The notes under the pieces are model-generated. The model made no database searches. It saw only the letters and a list, made by a program, of their open reading frames with translations, and was not told the origin of the DNA. A DNA stretch of 64,000 bases. Origin: a virus. Position 1 is the stretch's first letter. Each line of letters opens with the position of its first letter. Of the stretch, positions 12,501 to 22,600 are shown piece by piece. The position numbers were made by a program, and so were the translations under genes. Location: positions 35,826 to 99,825 of IMG/VR virus record IMGVR_UViG_3300025133_000045. One strand, 5' to 3'.

Positions 12501-12836
12501 GACATACCCGGTTGTACGAGGATATTGTTTCTCAAAGATATACAGATCAAAATATGAAGAACTATTGAAATATTCGGTTATTTCCGCTTCAGAACCATCA
12601 TACGGAAAAGTGTCTGTAATTCGATCAAAAGCGTCTTCATAATATTTCTCGGCAGACCCAAAACGAACAAAATTGTTGGGATCACTATAGTCTATACGAG
12701 GTATAAACCTCTCTCTTTCTTCGACTTTGGCCCTTACATTTCTGCCAGACTCAACCTTCTCCGTAACTTTTTGAAGATCAGAGCTTTTTAAGATTTTATA
12801 GGGTGTTCCTTTATCGAATAAGTCTCTAGTTCCCAT
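3597..12836 (-). CDS. Giant virion structural protein with LamG/concanavalin A-like domains (3079 aa)
   Basis: LamG-like signatures (SVEFWIK...WNHVGFSF...LDEFRYWKDYRT...YYKFNEG...LDYSG) and a second similar region. Rich in S/T/G. Adjacent to baseplate genes. Confidence 0.7.
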   Translation of the reverse strand: MGTRDLFDKGTPYKILKSSDLQKVTEKVESGRNVRAKVEERERFIPRIDYSDPNNFVRFGSAEKYYEDAFDRITDTFPYDGSEAEITEYFNSSSYFDLYIFEKQYPRTTGYVTLGHGTYTQASVVNGWGTPSSAEYIVTKGGPHTASGGMAAGSLGTQFAGANYYDTDIYNTDREYQGLRYGTRASNLRFHLETGVSVEFWIKKNGWDTSLTEKETVFDLWNGEASSSAGYGRLLVYLTASGHGDEGKYPFRVHMASGSSVWDMQFGESITTSSLDGNWNHVGFSFQSSSADAELKAKFFHSGAYIESTASSDMTFGEVTGSLQSFIGGLRTTPSGNAYDSLSMEGSARLSASLDEFRYWKDYRTAEDIGLNFFRQVRGGSNSDVSNAGLGVYYKFNEGATGTDSLDSIVLDYSGRISNGNWVNYPGSLARNTGSAMVSASALAAEFEDPIIRPEYPTLKTRRSDFIQSGSVFDYTNNSTLYNRIPAWIVDEDPGTLKQMLQIVGSYADSLHLQLEEFPRLKDATYASSSNKTIPIANRLVANYGMQAPEIFADASILAEFMSRDEKRNFNLDLGEVKNRIYKNIYNNLIYIYKSKGTLKSFRNLIRCFGVGDEVVRLNLYGNNATYKVRDNYDPVVSRKNYANFNHPDSFSGVVTQQSRSSNPHASNVTFVSGTVGPYIPTTAEIDVIFPKKVGDRGSLSWFSTSFLSSSIFGTHRLKTAGDETCYVQAATADDYSWSLYAVRPDLESSDAYLVFKSNQGATPEFYLTTSAYPNLYDNQRWNFAVRTRNVKYPVADGASGSTAGSATDYDIDDTYLKLELYGVNYESGLLKNEFLLTSSALTASAYLTADHRYYVGAARTNWTGSVVEQSDVRASSLRHWESYLENEAIRAHAKDPRNFGSLRPYRSTFLLQTALTGTWVPEMETLALHWDFDNVTGSDSSGEFLVDDFSSGSTGRFDRYHDNENNPQFARTIGYQYPGQAYNMRTSSTGAVDRAYIDSLRQNAPETLSSQDTISILSRQDDIEFTRDTRPINYYFSFEKSMYGTITQEIMNFFGTVVEFNNLIGDPKNRYRQDYKELEKLRELFFERVGNTPDLDKYIEYYKWIDNSLSVMLQQLVPATADFSDGIRTMVESHALERNKYWNKFPTLEMKVTDPEAAVRGITELKYDWKYGHAPINDNENTNCLWWQDRAERTNIKFDDFAGSAIDSDREKYREVIETYRTGSPGPTLAKSTRTLPTTTYQGSAFALRRFDEIYNFNVDEEKSVKSGPSFTQRKRFGFTRGALSPFASDSLAMIGSIESEKSCNDALVPPEIDKKEVSSKYLFQSGDAGLRGDDYTAEGIGEIYAPFSLYSSSVTTGYQADVPDGAGTMQHIGSVGLDNYHHDVYGGDMEVPMQGPFTEKYVGGNQYRHIGLVADPTLTSSATRPEAWNLGITAGGVLTLQSRRMTTTYANSRRPEASLLRDEVAKRPVNIRNIQMTASDVGAYKTTLPAGTSTDIGPAQTEFISGSLRSNIGNFEHFYDIVQTSGRDINNVYFVDNEGVSSTAIPSTYVTGIVDYARPDRGKHDWVFVERFSAPGGPETAGDANGGYCLDLESGQYSPYNALPYRNLTVRTPLERILLVNHANQFGFFSNVQDRGGSGASTVNAANYSGTGSYQKVNRNTLKRPELSGTTTWGPLAGLPSGDAVTLTASVYDNGYVTHEIPQMELSYAWITASYTGSLSYGHGSPDGLLSTSAGIVSSINFVSSSDFVSYNDSGVRDYGGDYINLAAAADSSVPQTRHLNTNIVEPMTASEAILGHQIVTSSAGSTTPVGYYVNYGDIDTAPDTTTITDSFIQQVNVGVQPVTASVLHDVLIHRDGYYGYPSWKQTRTAEHQLVRYYRKNNTITINHTPGIMRYYTGAPTAASVPGTLMTFGSLLIPPVVDRFGPLQTFTEPPVDKSSKPLQFVLGIQSQVGIETDGTPRMEVKQVVVDASYGNETVRFSNRALEELVSVNPNTIYTAYDRIKEAYLNGALNDPTTPVKEFVSLRYGQVVYPASYNAGMEMIRERQNFKVKFWDTTRAKRTTLGFEKSSSMGAPYNGRFNQLTQSAWALDASQIFSDGVICTASNASSSAGGELQNDYLMVHNGAKQFITASALYARKHMLFATMSTTCITLDNPQTGSVTNTVDPSRRQGDVQIYSGDALWEANRLAGTIKTTIENSVDEAGNTITTAVTSFVSGVREPIDPDYESNMKDAILKSQEYSIIPEFRISEHIDKYLKNGVGDWLADNPRMFEIFGASGTLPQNSSGSDFYKIFSNSDFMRRFETIYTDHVGFKSPAKITLRCKAIKKFLPYDGFYPAQRTLDLASQFSQSYARFVNVKGGIDFASPVTDGVTYPKAALRPFLQPFYSPGIMYNTIKSGIAVDYGMYSGSYEVVNNSGSGGAAEIFMIGRPTSIDGGGRGPGGVASGFDNRVPFEALVSPADYISNMTFVDMEPHPSASMNMTASWDGSGDPLYEMMINNFLAESVNMFLPNGQMSTIISAKENDFKNFQPNKVYAMRIRLRKSYNQERTYEASSGKTTYPIPQVTPEEKANGLRETFTMYSRPTAFGPPLAGRDFATVLTAVPKMDSLQGYNPAYTPPYYDGEAWCDILFKASYPRHTLDEILSDAKILSMRVDGSEWTKAGNGVQDATKPYNSSNVDQYAMQITASINVSGKAKVNSVQYRPDGSPVMVVDDPASTQNVWVIQPKFETPMLNFTSTSGSLRPITEAQGNLTMPANGKTTVPRGMWHQFGLPPDVDDKGIFMEISDIGSDWVRNKVPTFAGGLATDYYQTELLTQGKSYLSLADQMKFNKTGIKLGQIAESFEVSEAIVAIPFIEDGGVRTFFEIPKVTVEAYRLNEKDPDRASMIELPVTTDPALVVGESIKNQLDLMKKYVIPPKFNFMEFDSVDPIAMYIFEFKHTFDRDDLTYMWQNLPPKAASKIEISESTISHPLLTNELMGATGRATGRALQSEVKWMVFKVKQRANWNYYSKVLSRVGGDTDFSFNFKMGGADTEVSNVKYSYNWPYDFFSLVEFANIEAQVDIEDTPPVLNSDFLPEE

Positions 12837-12847
12837 TATTAATAATC

Positions 12848-14443
12848 CTAAATTTGCTGTTCTTCAACTCTAAACTTGAACATATCTGGCTGTTCGACCC
12901 AAGTCCCAATGGCTCCGTTGTAAAAAGCAAATTTAACCCCATAAGCATAATCACCGTCCAGCATCCCCATATCTAAGTCAAAGTAGCTTCCGCTCACATC
13001 AAAGGAAAGCTGTGTATGTAAGTTGCTTCCTGTCCCATAGGGCACTACCTCCAAATCATCAGCTATTCTATAAACCATGTAAGACGCACTTTGAATAATC
13101 GTACCTTCGATAGCTGTTGTAGCCTTGGTGTAAATAGTTGGATTCCAATCTTTTTTACGAACATACAATCTAAAGCGAGCTTTCTCTTTTCTGCTATAGA
13201 TGGGTTTCAAGTTAGTAATCGCTAGAGCATAATTTGTTGATGGATTGATATTAGACGAGTCCTGCATTTTTGGTTTAATCGAGCCGGTGTGAAACCTCGT
13301 CTTCATGTGATCGCCGTCTACAATCGAACCCGTTGACCACACATCATAAAGGGTAGAAATAGGGGTTGCTGCGGAAGTTATGGCGACAGAACACGTATAA
13401 ACGCCCGTTGAATACCATCCACCTGTCGCAAATGTTTCGGCTGCAATCGTAACACCGCCACCAATACTTAACTCCAACGCCGATGCTGAGGGGGTTGTGT
13501 CAGCCGCTGACCCCGAATAAAGACTGACCATAACGGAGCCGGTCTCGCCTACCTCTGGAATATTTTTAAGTTGCCCTCGGACGTAATTGTATAAAAATAG
13601 GGTATTTAAATTGTCAACTCCAGGTGCCAACGAACTACTGTAAGCGAAATCGCCTCGATTGTCCTTCTTGCTGGAATCCCACCTGGCTTCTATGATTGGC
13701 CTCCGAAAGAAGAATTCAGAACTCCTGCTAAAGAATTTCTTGGTGTAATATGATTTCACTGCTCCTGAAAGATTGGGAACGGCATATGTGGCGTAGCTCT
13801 CATTGTACGCCTCTTGTGTCCCTGTAAGCTTAAGGATCAAGCCATAGTTCAACAAATCTCCATTAACATTACCGTGATCATTGGCCCACATTTCAACTAA
13901 TGGCGTAATGTCCTTTTCAAGGTCTTCCGTACCATTGGGAAAATAGATTTTAAAAACCTTGTTTGGGCTGCTATCATCGTTGACAAAATCTCCACCTTTA
14001 TGTTGCCAAGAGCCTGTTAAGCCTCCTCCGTCCCACGTTGCTCCTTGCTTGCCATATGTAAGATCTGTATACTGCTCCATATCCAGACCAGTCCCTTCCC
14101 CCCAACTGCGCGTAACGGCCTGCGCCATCAGATACATATCTCTCGGCACAGTTTGGCTATGCGGAGCGCTAAACATTCTCAGATAAAAGCTAACACTGCC
14201 ACTTCGTGGAATCACGCTCGAACTACGATCCGTCTGAATCTCACTGACTGGGAACTTGATAAGTGCTCGTGTCAATTCAGACGACAAGCCTGCCACGGAT
14301 CCGCTTGCCTCGCCATAGATGGAAAATATTTCCAATACGTCAGCGCCGCCCATGTTTGCGCCCGTTCCACGAGTGCTTAGATCAGCCTTAAAGGCATTGG
14401 TAATCGTAGTATCGGCATTTGCATAATATCTTTTAATGCCCAT
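12848..14443 (-). CDS. Virion structural protein, DNRLRE/CBM-like N-terminal domain (531 aa)
   Basis: ADTTI...GANMGG..VLEI...TRALIKF pattern typical of DNRLRE-like domains. Coupled to the wedge gene by TAATG. Confidence 0.55.
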   Translation of the reverse strand: MGIKRYYANADTTITNAFKADLSTRGTGANMGGADVLEIFSIYGEASGSVAGLSSELTRALIKFPVSEIQTDRSSSVIPRSGSVSFYLRMFSAPHSQTVPRDMYLMAQAVTRSWGEGTGLDMEQYTDLTYGKQGATWDGGGLTGSWQHKGGDFVNDDSSPNKVFKIYFPNGTEDLEKDITPLVEMWANDHGNVNGDLLNYGLILKLTGTQEAYNESYATYAVPNLSGAVKSYYTKKFFSRSSEFFFRRPIIEARWDSSKKDNRGDFAYSSSLAPGVDNLNTLFLYNYVRGQLKNIPEVGETGSVMVSLYSGSAADTTPSASALELSIGGGVTIAAETFATGGWYSTGVYTCSVAITSAATPISTLYDVWSTGSIVDGDHMKTRFHTGSIKPKMQDSSNINPSTNYALAITNLKPIYSRKEKARFRLYVRKKDWNPTIYTKATTAIEGTIIQSASYMVYRIADDLEVVPYGTGSNLHTQLSFDVSGSYFDLDMGMLDGDYAYGVKFAFYNGAIGTWVEQPDMFKFRVEEQQI

Positions 14444-16236
14444 TATTTAACCGCCCCTTGAATATCAGTTGCTGGAAATTTAAGCTCCATGCATACGTTA
14501 TCTGGAACCGTCAAGTACCTACCGTCAGACGACATATTGCTCTTGAATGAATAAGTGGTAGTCGAATAGCTCCCGCCCTCTTTCTGAATAAACTCTGCGT
14601 CATATGTATCGACGACGCCGCGAATCTTATTCAAAATCGAGTAAATATCGGTAATATAGAGCGGCTCACCAAAATAACGTGGCTCGTGATAATAACTCGC
14701 CAAGGCTCTAGTACACGCTTCCAAAACTTGATATTTATTGAATTCTGGATCTGCGATGACCGCAAACTTAATTCCAAAATTAACAAAGAGGCCATCAATA
14801 ATATCAATTGTATCGTGAATCATCTTCACGTTGCCAAGCCATGTTTTTAAATTATCTTTAAGAGGGGCCGTAGCATCTGTCAGTGTCCCATTTCTGTTCT
14901 CGGAAAGCACGTACATGTTCAAGTTTCTTTTAAAAGAGTCGTTGTCTCTTGCAATCTTGCACCTCTTTATCGCTCCAAACTGAGCGGGCATCGCATAAGC
15001 CATTGATTCATAATCTTGCTTGGTGACCGCCCTGTTCTGTGTGGCGAAATGATCGATTGCTCGCCTTCTTATATCTTCCAAGGTCGGCCTCGCAATCCCT
15101 CCAACAATAGGAGCCTCATTGCTGCACTCGATGGAACCAATCACCGAGGCCCCTGACTGAGAATTCACCTTCGTAGCGTCTGGAAATTCTACAATCGGCC
15201 TGTTAACACTCGTAACTGTCCGTGCTGCCGCGTTTGAATTGGACGACGTATTGACGCGGTATGCAATAACAAGATTTGTATTCGAGGGTCCAACACCAAA
15301 CTTGTCGGTATCGAGTAACTTAGAAGGGTCGAAGGAAGTATCTTGAATAAATGCTCTTCCAGACCTTTCTAGAACCAAATTTGATGGCTCAGCAACCGAA
15401 CTCGTCGATATTTCAGAATCTGAACCATATCCAAACTGAATGTACGCTCTTCCATTTTCTTGTGTGAGCACAAACCGACGAGGAACAACAACTGGCTTCA
15501 TGACGGAGGTTACCTGGTCATTGGCTGTGGCCCCTCGATTGGCCATTTCTCGATAAACCACGTTCTGAGACAAATAATCCACCTGAACATACTCGTGACC
15601 TTGATCGTCGAAGACTGACAGAACCTCAGCAACTCGGGAATTCGCAAGCTGAATGCGCTTAAATCTCTCAAACCCGCCTACATTCTTTCTTTCGACGACT
15701 ATTTTGCCAGAAACAACTTTCCCAACTGTTCTGACGGCATAGCTGGTGGGTACGCCCGTATCGCTGTTCACCCTAGCTGCCACAACTGGGTTCGTCGTAT
15801 TGCCAAAGTTAACGTCTTCCATAAGGATGAAGCCTGCTCCACCTGTCGATGATAGCTCTGACCCTCTCTTTAAAATCGGCAAATAATCAGTATTTGGACC
15901 CAAACCAGTAGAATTGGCCGGAACGATAATATAGAAGTCACAAAACCCAATCGAAGAAGGGCTTCCCACATATTTATAGCCCATCTGGCGGGCCTGTCGA
16001 ATTACATTCGCTCTTTCTGTCGCCGTATCAAAGAAAGATTCGTTTGCCTGGTAGTCCAAGTAAAAAGATAGGCTATCTCCCACATAGGAAACCATATCGA
16101 GCATTAGAGCGCCAAAGGACGCCTCATTAAAATCTCGGAAAGTTTCGGGATAATATCTTTTGGCGTATTGAGTTAGCTCATTTTTAATCGAATCAAAGTC
16201 GCGAGCAGTGTAGTTGATAGGCGTAATTCTTTTCAT
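14443..16236 (-). CDS. Baseplate wedge protein (T4 gp6 / baseplate J-like)
   Basis: INYTARDFDSIKNEL...DFNEASFGALMLDMVSYVGD..SFYLD, YIQFGYG and FATQNRAVTKQDYE are gp6-family motifs. ATG at 16236 follows a GAGGTG RBS. Confidence 0.9.
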   Translation of the reverse strand: MKRITPINYTARDFDSIKNELTQYAKRYYPETFRDFNEASFGALMLDMVSYVGDSLSFYLDYQANESFFDTATERANVIRQARQMGYKYVGSPSSIGFCDFYIIVPANSTGLGPNTDYLPILKRGSELSSTGGAGFILMEDVNFGNTTNPVVAARVNSDTGVPTSYAVRTVGKVVSGKIVVERKNVGGFERFKRIQLANSRVAEVLSVFDDQGHEYVQVDYLSQNVVYREMANRGATANDQVTSVMKPVVVPRRFVLTQENGRAYIQFGYGSDSEISTSSVAEPSNLVLERSGRAFIQDTSFDPSKLLDTDKFGVGPSNTNLVIAYRVNTSSNSNAAARTVTSVNRPIVEFPDATKVNSQSGASVIGSIECSNEAPIVGGIARPTLEDIRRRAIDHFATQNRAVTKQDYESMAYAMPAQFGAIKRCKIARDNDSFKRNLNMYVLSENRNGTLTDATAPLKDNLKTWLGNVKMIHDTIDIIDGLFVNFGIKFAVIADPEFNKYQVLEACTRALASYYHEPRYFGEPLYITDIYSILNKIRGVVDTYDAEFIQKEGGSYSTTTYSFKSNMSSDGRYLTVPDNVCMELKFPATDIQGAVK

Positions 16237-16266
16237 GCGCAAGCACCTCTGGGAGTAATTAGTATC

Positions 16267-16668
16267 TTAAAGAGAAATAGGTATTGTAAGAACCGCACCA
16301 ATTTCCAGAGGGACAATACTGTATTCGATACGAATTGACAAAAGGCTGTCAGAAAGAATACCTCCAGCAACAACATCCTGCCCATTATTAAAAACAATAT
16401 TGTTTATCTTGATATAAGGTAGATACTTGATCGTTTGCGCCCTTATTCTGCTTTCTATATTTGAGAGGGTCGCGGGCACGTATTGCCAGAATAAATAATT
16501 TCTAATCCCTACACCAAATTTCCCATCCATAATGCGTTCGCCAGGAGAAGTCAAAACAAGCATTTTAAGATTTTGTGCTCCCACTCCTTCAAGTGTTTTC
16601 AAGAGGGCATAAGGCCCATCTTCATTTGTCACATGTAGCGGTAATTCTGGTGCGTATCCTACAGCCAT
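16267..16668 (-). CDS. Baseplate wedge subunit (T4 gp25 / GPW family)
   Basis: QNLKMLVLTSPGERIMDGKFGVGIRNYLF...YLPYIKI is the canonical gp25 motif. Next to the gp6-like gene. Confidence 0.9.
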   Translation of the reverse strand: MAVGYAPELPLHVTNEDGPYALLKTLEGVGAQNLKMLVLTSPGERIMDGKFGVGIRNYLFWQYVPATLSNIESRIRAQTIKYLPYIKINNIVFNNGQDVVAGGILSDSLLSIRIEYSIVPLEIGAVLTIPISL

Positions 16669-16689
16669 TTTGTTTCTCCTTCGGACATT

Positions 16690-19600
16690 TTAGGGGCAAA
16701 GAACCTCATTCTTATCTGTGGGTTTTGGATATTTTCGACGCCACGCGAACCAACGTAGAAAATTGTTTCTTTGTGATTTTGGCCTCTCTCCCTTCGTGAG
16801 TTTCTTTTTATCAGCTTTTTGCTCATCACTCTCATAAGTAGGATCATTCGAATTATAAAACTGCATGAAAACTCTTTTTGCTGCTTTTTTCGATTTCTCA
16901 AACGTTTTCTGATCCCACGTCCTAAACCCTTTGGCGAAGCTGTACCACTTGCCTCCATTTACAGTCCACCCATCTTCAACCCAGCCAATAGAGGGCAAAA
17001 AGTTATTTATACTGTAAACGGCAAGCCAGGATACCATTTTTTCAAGCGGAACACATATTCCAAAGAGCAGTTTATAGGCGTCTGTATTTGCCAACTCATC
17101 CAAGATACAGCTTCTGTTGGTCTCATCAAACCCCTCTATGTCGTCTAAAAATTGCTGCAAGGTCTGGTCACTGTTGGGGTCAACATCCATTTCGTGGGAG
17201 GCCAACGGAACCATGTATAAAGTACCTCCATCGCATGGGACCACGAACGACTTTTCTTCGATGATTGGCATTCCCGTAACCGCGAGTGCGAGGTTACCAG
17301 GCAATCTTGTAGCTGGGTATGAGCCCCACTCCTCATCATCGGTATCCAAAGCCGTCGTAAAAACAAGTCGGTAACCCAAAGACACATTTTCGAATAACTC
17401 AGAGAGCAACATATCTGCTTTATCTGGCTGATTATTTGCCCAATCTATAAAGCTGTCCAGATTTTCCACATCTTTTGGCCTAGCAGGGAACATGGGGCTG
17501 GGCGTGAGCGTATTCGATAATGGTGTAACCCGCAAATACCTTTCTAATCTAAACGGAACAATTTCACCCTCATCGGTTTCCGCGTAGCCCTTTGCCAAAG
17601 GTTCTGTTTTTTCAGGATCAGCAACAGGATCAACCCCATTCCAGACATCCAAAACGCCCGCTTCCAATGACCCTTGGATAAAAGATGCTGACCCCAAGAA
17701 AAGTGACTGAAGATTTGGCACCGGCATTCCCTCGGGATGCAGATTTTCTTCAAACTGTTTGCTCATGCTCTCCAACTCGATGAGAACAATTCTACTCAAA
17801 AGAGTCAAAATACCGGGCTCATATGTGGCCTTTTCGTGATCCAGGGCTATTTGAACCATCTCGTCTCTTTCTTTATTGTATTTTGATTTGTTGAATAAGC
17901 CCTTTGGAGGAACAAAGGTTAGCTGCAATTCATTCAGATAATCCATCGCCTCTTGTTCGGAAGGTGTAGGCTCAATCATTCCAAGATCTACCTGGCGTCC
18001 ATACATTTGAACAATCTGCTCCATGAAGCGATAATAGTATTTCTTGCTGGGGCCAAAAACTCCCATCTGTTGGACATCCTCGTCAATGGACTTTACAACA
18101 TAGTTCGATATTATTTCCCCGAAACACTTTGATCCAAAGACCGCACACACCGGACCACCCCTCAGAAGAACCTCGATGGCATAAATTCGAGCAATCGCCA
18201 TTATACTCGTATCGATACCTGCTTGGGCACCCCTTGTAAGCGCAATATTAAATGGAATATCCTGAGCGCAATCAGATCCTGGCTTCGCAAACAATCTCTT
18301 GTCGTCTTGATATTTGTTCATGAGTTCCATATAAACATCTTTTAGATCTTCAAACTTACAAATTGGTTCACGAGGAGCAGTGCCATCAATGGGGTCGCAC
18401 GCATCCACTTCAGGAACAAATTTATCCATCATCCCAAGCCAACCCCATCGATCTGGATCTCTCAAATAAAAAGGAGGGTTGTCCGCATTCCCATTAAATC
18501 GATTGTATATTTGTTGGTCAAAGCTTTCATCCGGCTCAGGAGGGAGCTTTCGCCCATTCGCCTTAGCAAATTCTTTATCAACATTTGGACCAGCCATATA
18601 CGCCTGTATTTGTGTTTGGCTCTCGTCATAACCAAACTGGAAAGGGTCCGGTGGAGGCTGGTCGTCTCCAGCAGCATACCCTTCTCCATTCGAAGCCAGC
18701 AAAAGAGCAAACTTTCTCATATATACGTCTTGCAAAAAGGGCAATGCATTCCTTAAATTTGTTTTAACCTCGGCCACCGCAGCAGCATCATAGCCGGGAT
18801 AACTTTCTATTACGCTGGTAATGTAGGAGCTAAACGCTTCTTCATCCAACGGATTGTTAACAAGATCTAAATTTAAAGTTTCCAGTAAAGCCTCGACATC
18901 ATCAGGGGTGTCGTGTGTAATCCTAAATCTTTGAACCTGTGTCCAGTCTGCGGATAGTTCTCCCTCGGCTTCACCATCAACAGATCCGTCTAGATTAAAG
19001 GCTGGCATCCCCGTCTTCTCCCAAAGAATGGTCTCTGTTTTATCAACATCGTTCCACACACCCCCTTCCTTTAAGGCCGTTGCGGCGGTTAGTTTAAAAT
19101 GATATTGATCCATCGGCTTTTCCGAATAATCTTGATATTCTAAATCGAACCCTTTATACTCAACTGTTTCAGTTATTGGCATCAAATTTGTAAAATCAAA
19201 TCCAGTAACGAGAGTGTAACTTCCATCCGATTCCCATTTTGAACCCTTACATGGAGCAACTGGTGGGACTGGCCTCATGGGTCGCGGTTCAAAACCTTCA
19301 GCAATTTTCAAACTATCTTCAAACCCTATTACTGTCTCATTATATTGCGTAAAATACTTCTGCAAAAGAATAGCAACCGTCATTGGATAGCCGCCCTCAG
19401 CAAAGCCACTCTTGTAAGCAACCAACTCTATATCTGTATTTTCTCCCGTGCCCACCGCATCTTCGCGACCAGATATCTCTCCCCATTCATCCTTCGGAAT
19501 AGCTGTGTCCCATCCCTGATCGTCGGCCCAATTATCAGTATAGGAACCGCCCATGCCTAGTTCGCTTGCAAGCTGTGAGCCTCGTCGTCGAACTTTTCGT

Positions 19601-22600
19601 TCATGCACCTTTATACCAAGACCATTGGAGTCGCTCAGCACCATATCAAAGAACCCTCTCCTGCCAACCAGGTCTCTGATGTGGGCCTTATCAATGCTCT
19701 CAAAAGTGTTTTTGGCTGCTTGTTTTGCAATCTCGTTCATGGCTTCCGGTATTTCTGGAAGGATGGAGCCACCTGGTGCAAAGGGGTCGCCACTATCGGG
19801 ACAGATTGGGTCACTTCCAAGGATTGGCGGGAACTCTTGGAATGGCCCACCTTGAAGGACGTTAGCAAGGTCTGCTAGATCTTTCTTGGCCCTGTCCGTC
19901 ATTGCTTCAATCTGCTCTTCACACTCTTCGGGCGTCAGACCCTTGGATTGCATCATTGAACATCGAATATCATTGAACATCGCCAACTGTGAAGGCGAGG
20001 CACAAATTGAATTACAAACAGGTGTATCCAAGCTGTCTATTTTTTGAGCCTGATCGAGAAGATCTGGATTAACGATGGTGCCCAGTGCCTTAAACAGGTT
20101 TTCGATATCAGAGGGCTGCATACACGCCAAACTCGGTATCTGATCTGCTGTAACATCAGAAATCATTTGTTTAACCTGGCTTGTGGCCTCGCCATTCAAA
20201 AGATCGATAACTTCACCATTAGTTAAAACGGCAGCCAGAACTTCTGAAAATGCAGCCGCATCTTCGGGAGTTGGCACCTGACCTGGCGTCGTACAACTTC
20301 CCACCCCCGTGGCCTCCATCATGGTACGGAGAGCCTCATCGATTTGATCGTCTGTTGCATCGGGACACAATGCATCCCCCAACGCATTACGAAAGTCATT
20401 GCCACCTGTAATCAGATTGAGCAACGCACCGCCGATTACGCCCAAAAGAGCGCAGAGAGCATCAAAAATGATCTCAAGCAGCTTCTTGAGGATTAAAATA
20501 ATCAGCTTAATAACGATATATTCGATAAGCTCTTTTGCTATATTAATAATAATCCTAAAGATGTCCATACTGAAAAAGTCTTCATTAAGAACCGGCAAGG
20601 AAATGGCAAAGTGGCCTCGGCAGAAATCCAACTCCAATGTCTTAAAAAAGTCACCAATAGGAGGAGTAAACAAGGGAAAAGGTGGGCAATCCATTTGTTG
20701 AAGAATACGTGCAACAATCGGAGCACCTGGCAATTCGTTTAGCTGCGCCATCAACATATCAAGATCGATCACATTATTGTCAATCATGTTTATAAGAGCT
20801 TGCTTGTAGGCTGTCGATACACTATCCATAATACTATCAGCGGCTGTACCAATAGAGCCAGGGTTTCCATATGCTCTATTGATTGCATGTTCATCAATTG
20901 CCACACCAGTTGTTGACCCCTCAAACGTTGGAACCCCAGGCCCCACAACTTCATCGGATGATTGCCACTCCTGAGCCGTTTCTGGTAGATTTTCCTTATC
21001 CACCGACATGGTACGCCCTTGGCCACTGTAGCTTCCGGCTCTATAGCCCGCATCCCACGGAGGAGGAATATTGCTGACATCCTTTTCAAGATTGTCAAAG
21101 ACCTCACGCTGTACATCTGGCGGCAAACCGATAAATATTCTTTGGAAATTGGCCTCATCCATGGCATTAAAGGCAGCCTTGACCATTTCCTTCATGGCAT
21201 CATCGAAACTAAGACCAGCAAACAAACAAGCAAATGCCGATTCCATTAACGCCAAAAGGCCACAAACGCCAAGCTTGTCCAAGATCTTGGTCCACAACTC
21301 ATCTGGATCTGTTGCTATTTCCTTTAAAAGCTCAGGAAGTTGCTCTAAATTTCTATCTCCAGCAAAAAATTCCTTCAAAGCAGTATCTCGGGCTCTCTCT
21401 GCCAATTCGCCCAGATTATCAAGCTTGACATCGTTCTTTCTTTTGCCCTCCAAAGTTGCACACAAATCATTTGCGAACTTGTCAGCAAACGCATCCTGAA
21501 GAGACACAATCTCATCCATGATGTCTTTACCAAGCTCGGCAAATTCATCTCCAAGGTTACCCATAAATGTAGGGTCATCTTCTACAGAAAGATCTTGTCG
21601 ACAAAAAAGTGCATCTTCTCCATAAACATCCACCAATATCTCAACCGGAGGGAAAGCCACATACTTTGTCAAAAAATCACCAAACTCAAGGGGCTCGGTC
21701 GCAGTTACGTCATTCCAAATTTCCGGCAATTTCGAAACAAAATACATTGTCCTTTGAATGGTCTGCGGATCTGAATTTTTGAACGCACCCATGGTTTTGG
21801 TCATCTTCTCGGGCTTATCACAGCCTATTTCAGTAGCCGTGATGTAGTCCACCCTCATATCAGAATCGAAGCCAATTTCTATTTCATCAATTCGCTTCTT
21901 TCCTCCAAACGACCTTTTAAACTTAAAATCATTTTCACGCAATAAAGCTCGAAAATCTTTTCGGAAAACTCTTATTCTTTCAGCCTCGTCTTTTAAATTT
22001 AAGGTGGGCTCACTTATCCTGCCGCCCTCATTAAAAAACCATATAGCTTGCCTGACTGCCAAAATCTCCATGGACCTAGCCACTTGCTTGGTCATCAACA
22101 GAAAATCGGCTCCTCTTATCTTAACATATGCCGGGTAATCCTCTTTATCCGGCATCTCTTCAGGAGGGCCTAGCTCCTCTATTGAATTAAAAGTTGTCCA
22201 TGGCACAACAATCAGAGCCTTCATTTTTACAAATGATCTTGTCGATACACAAGTCTCTTTAATGGTGCCAGCATCCACACACAGTTGAACAGGATCTACT
22301 TCGGCTCCCTCTGAACCGTCTTCAAGAGTCTGGCTGTAGGGCTCTGTCTTCTTGCCATAAAATTCAAGCAGCTTTATAACGCCCTCGGTCAAATAATCTG
22401 GGTCGTTATAGAGGTTTTCTATCGAGGTTGCTTCGTATTTCGTATTCAGAGTTATAGAATATTCGCATGTCTTGGCATTTAAAAATGGCTCATTCTCTGT
22501 TAGCTTGGTCCAGTTGGGTGTAATGGCATTCGGATCGCCAACACAAGGAGGAGGACACGGTGGTTCTTCTTCAATGACTTCGGGCTCGTCACAGGTGACC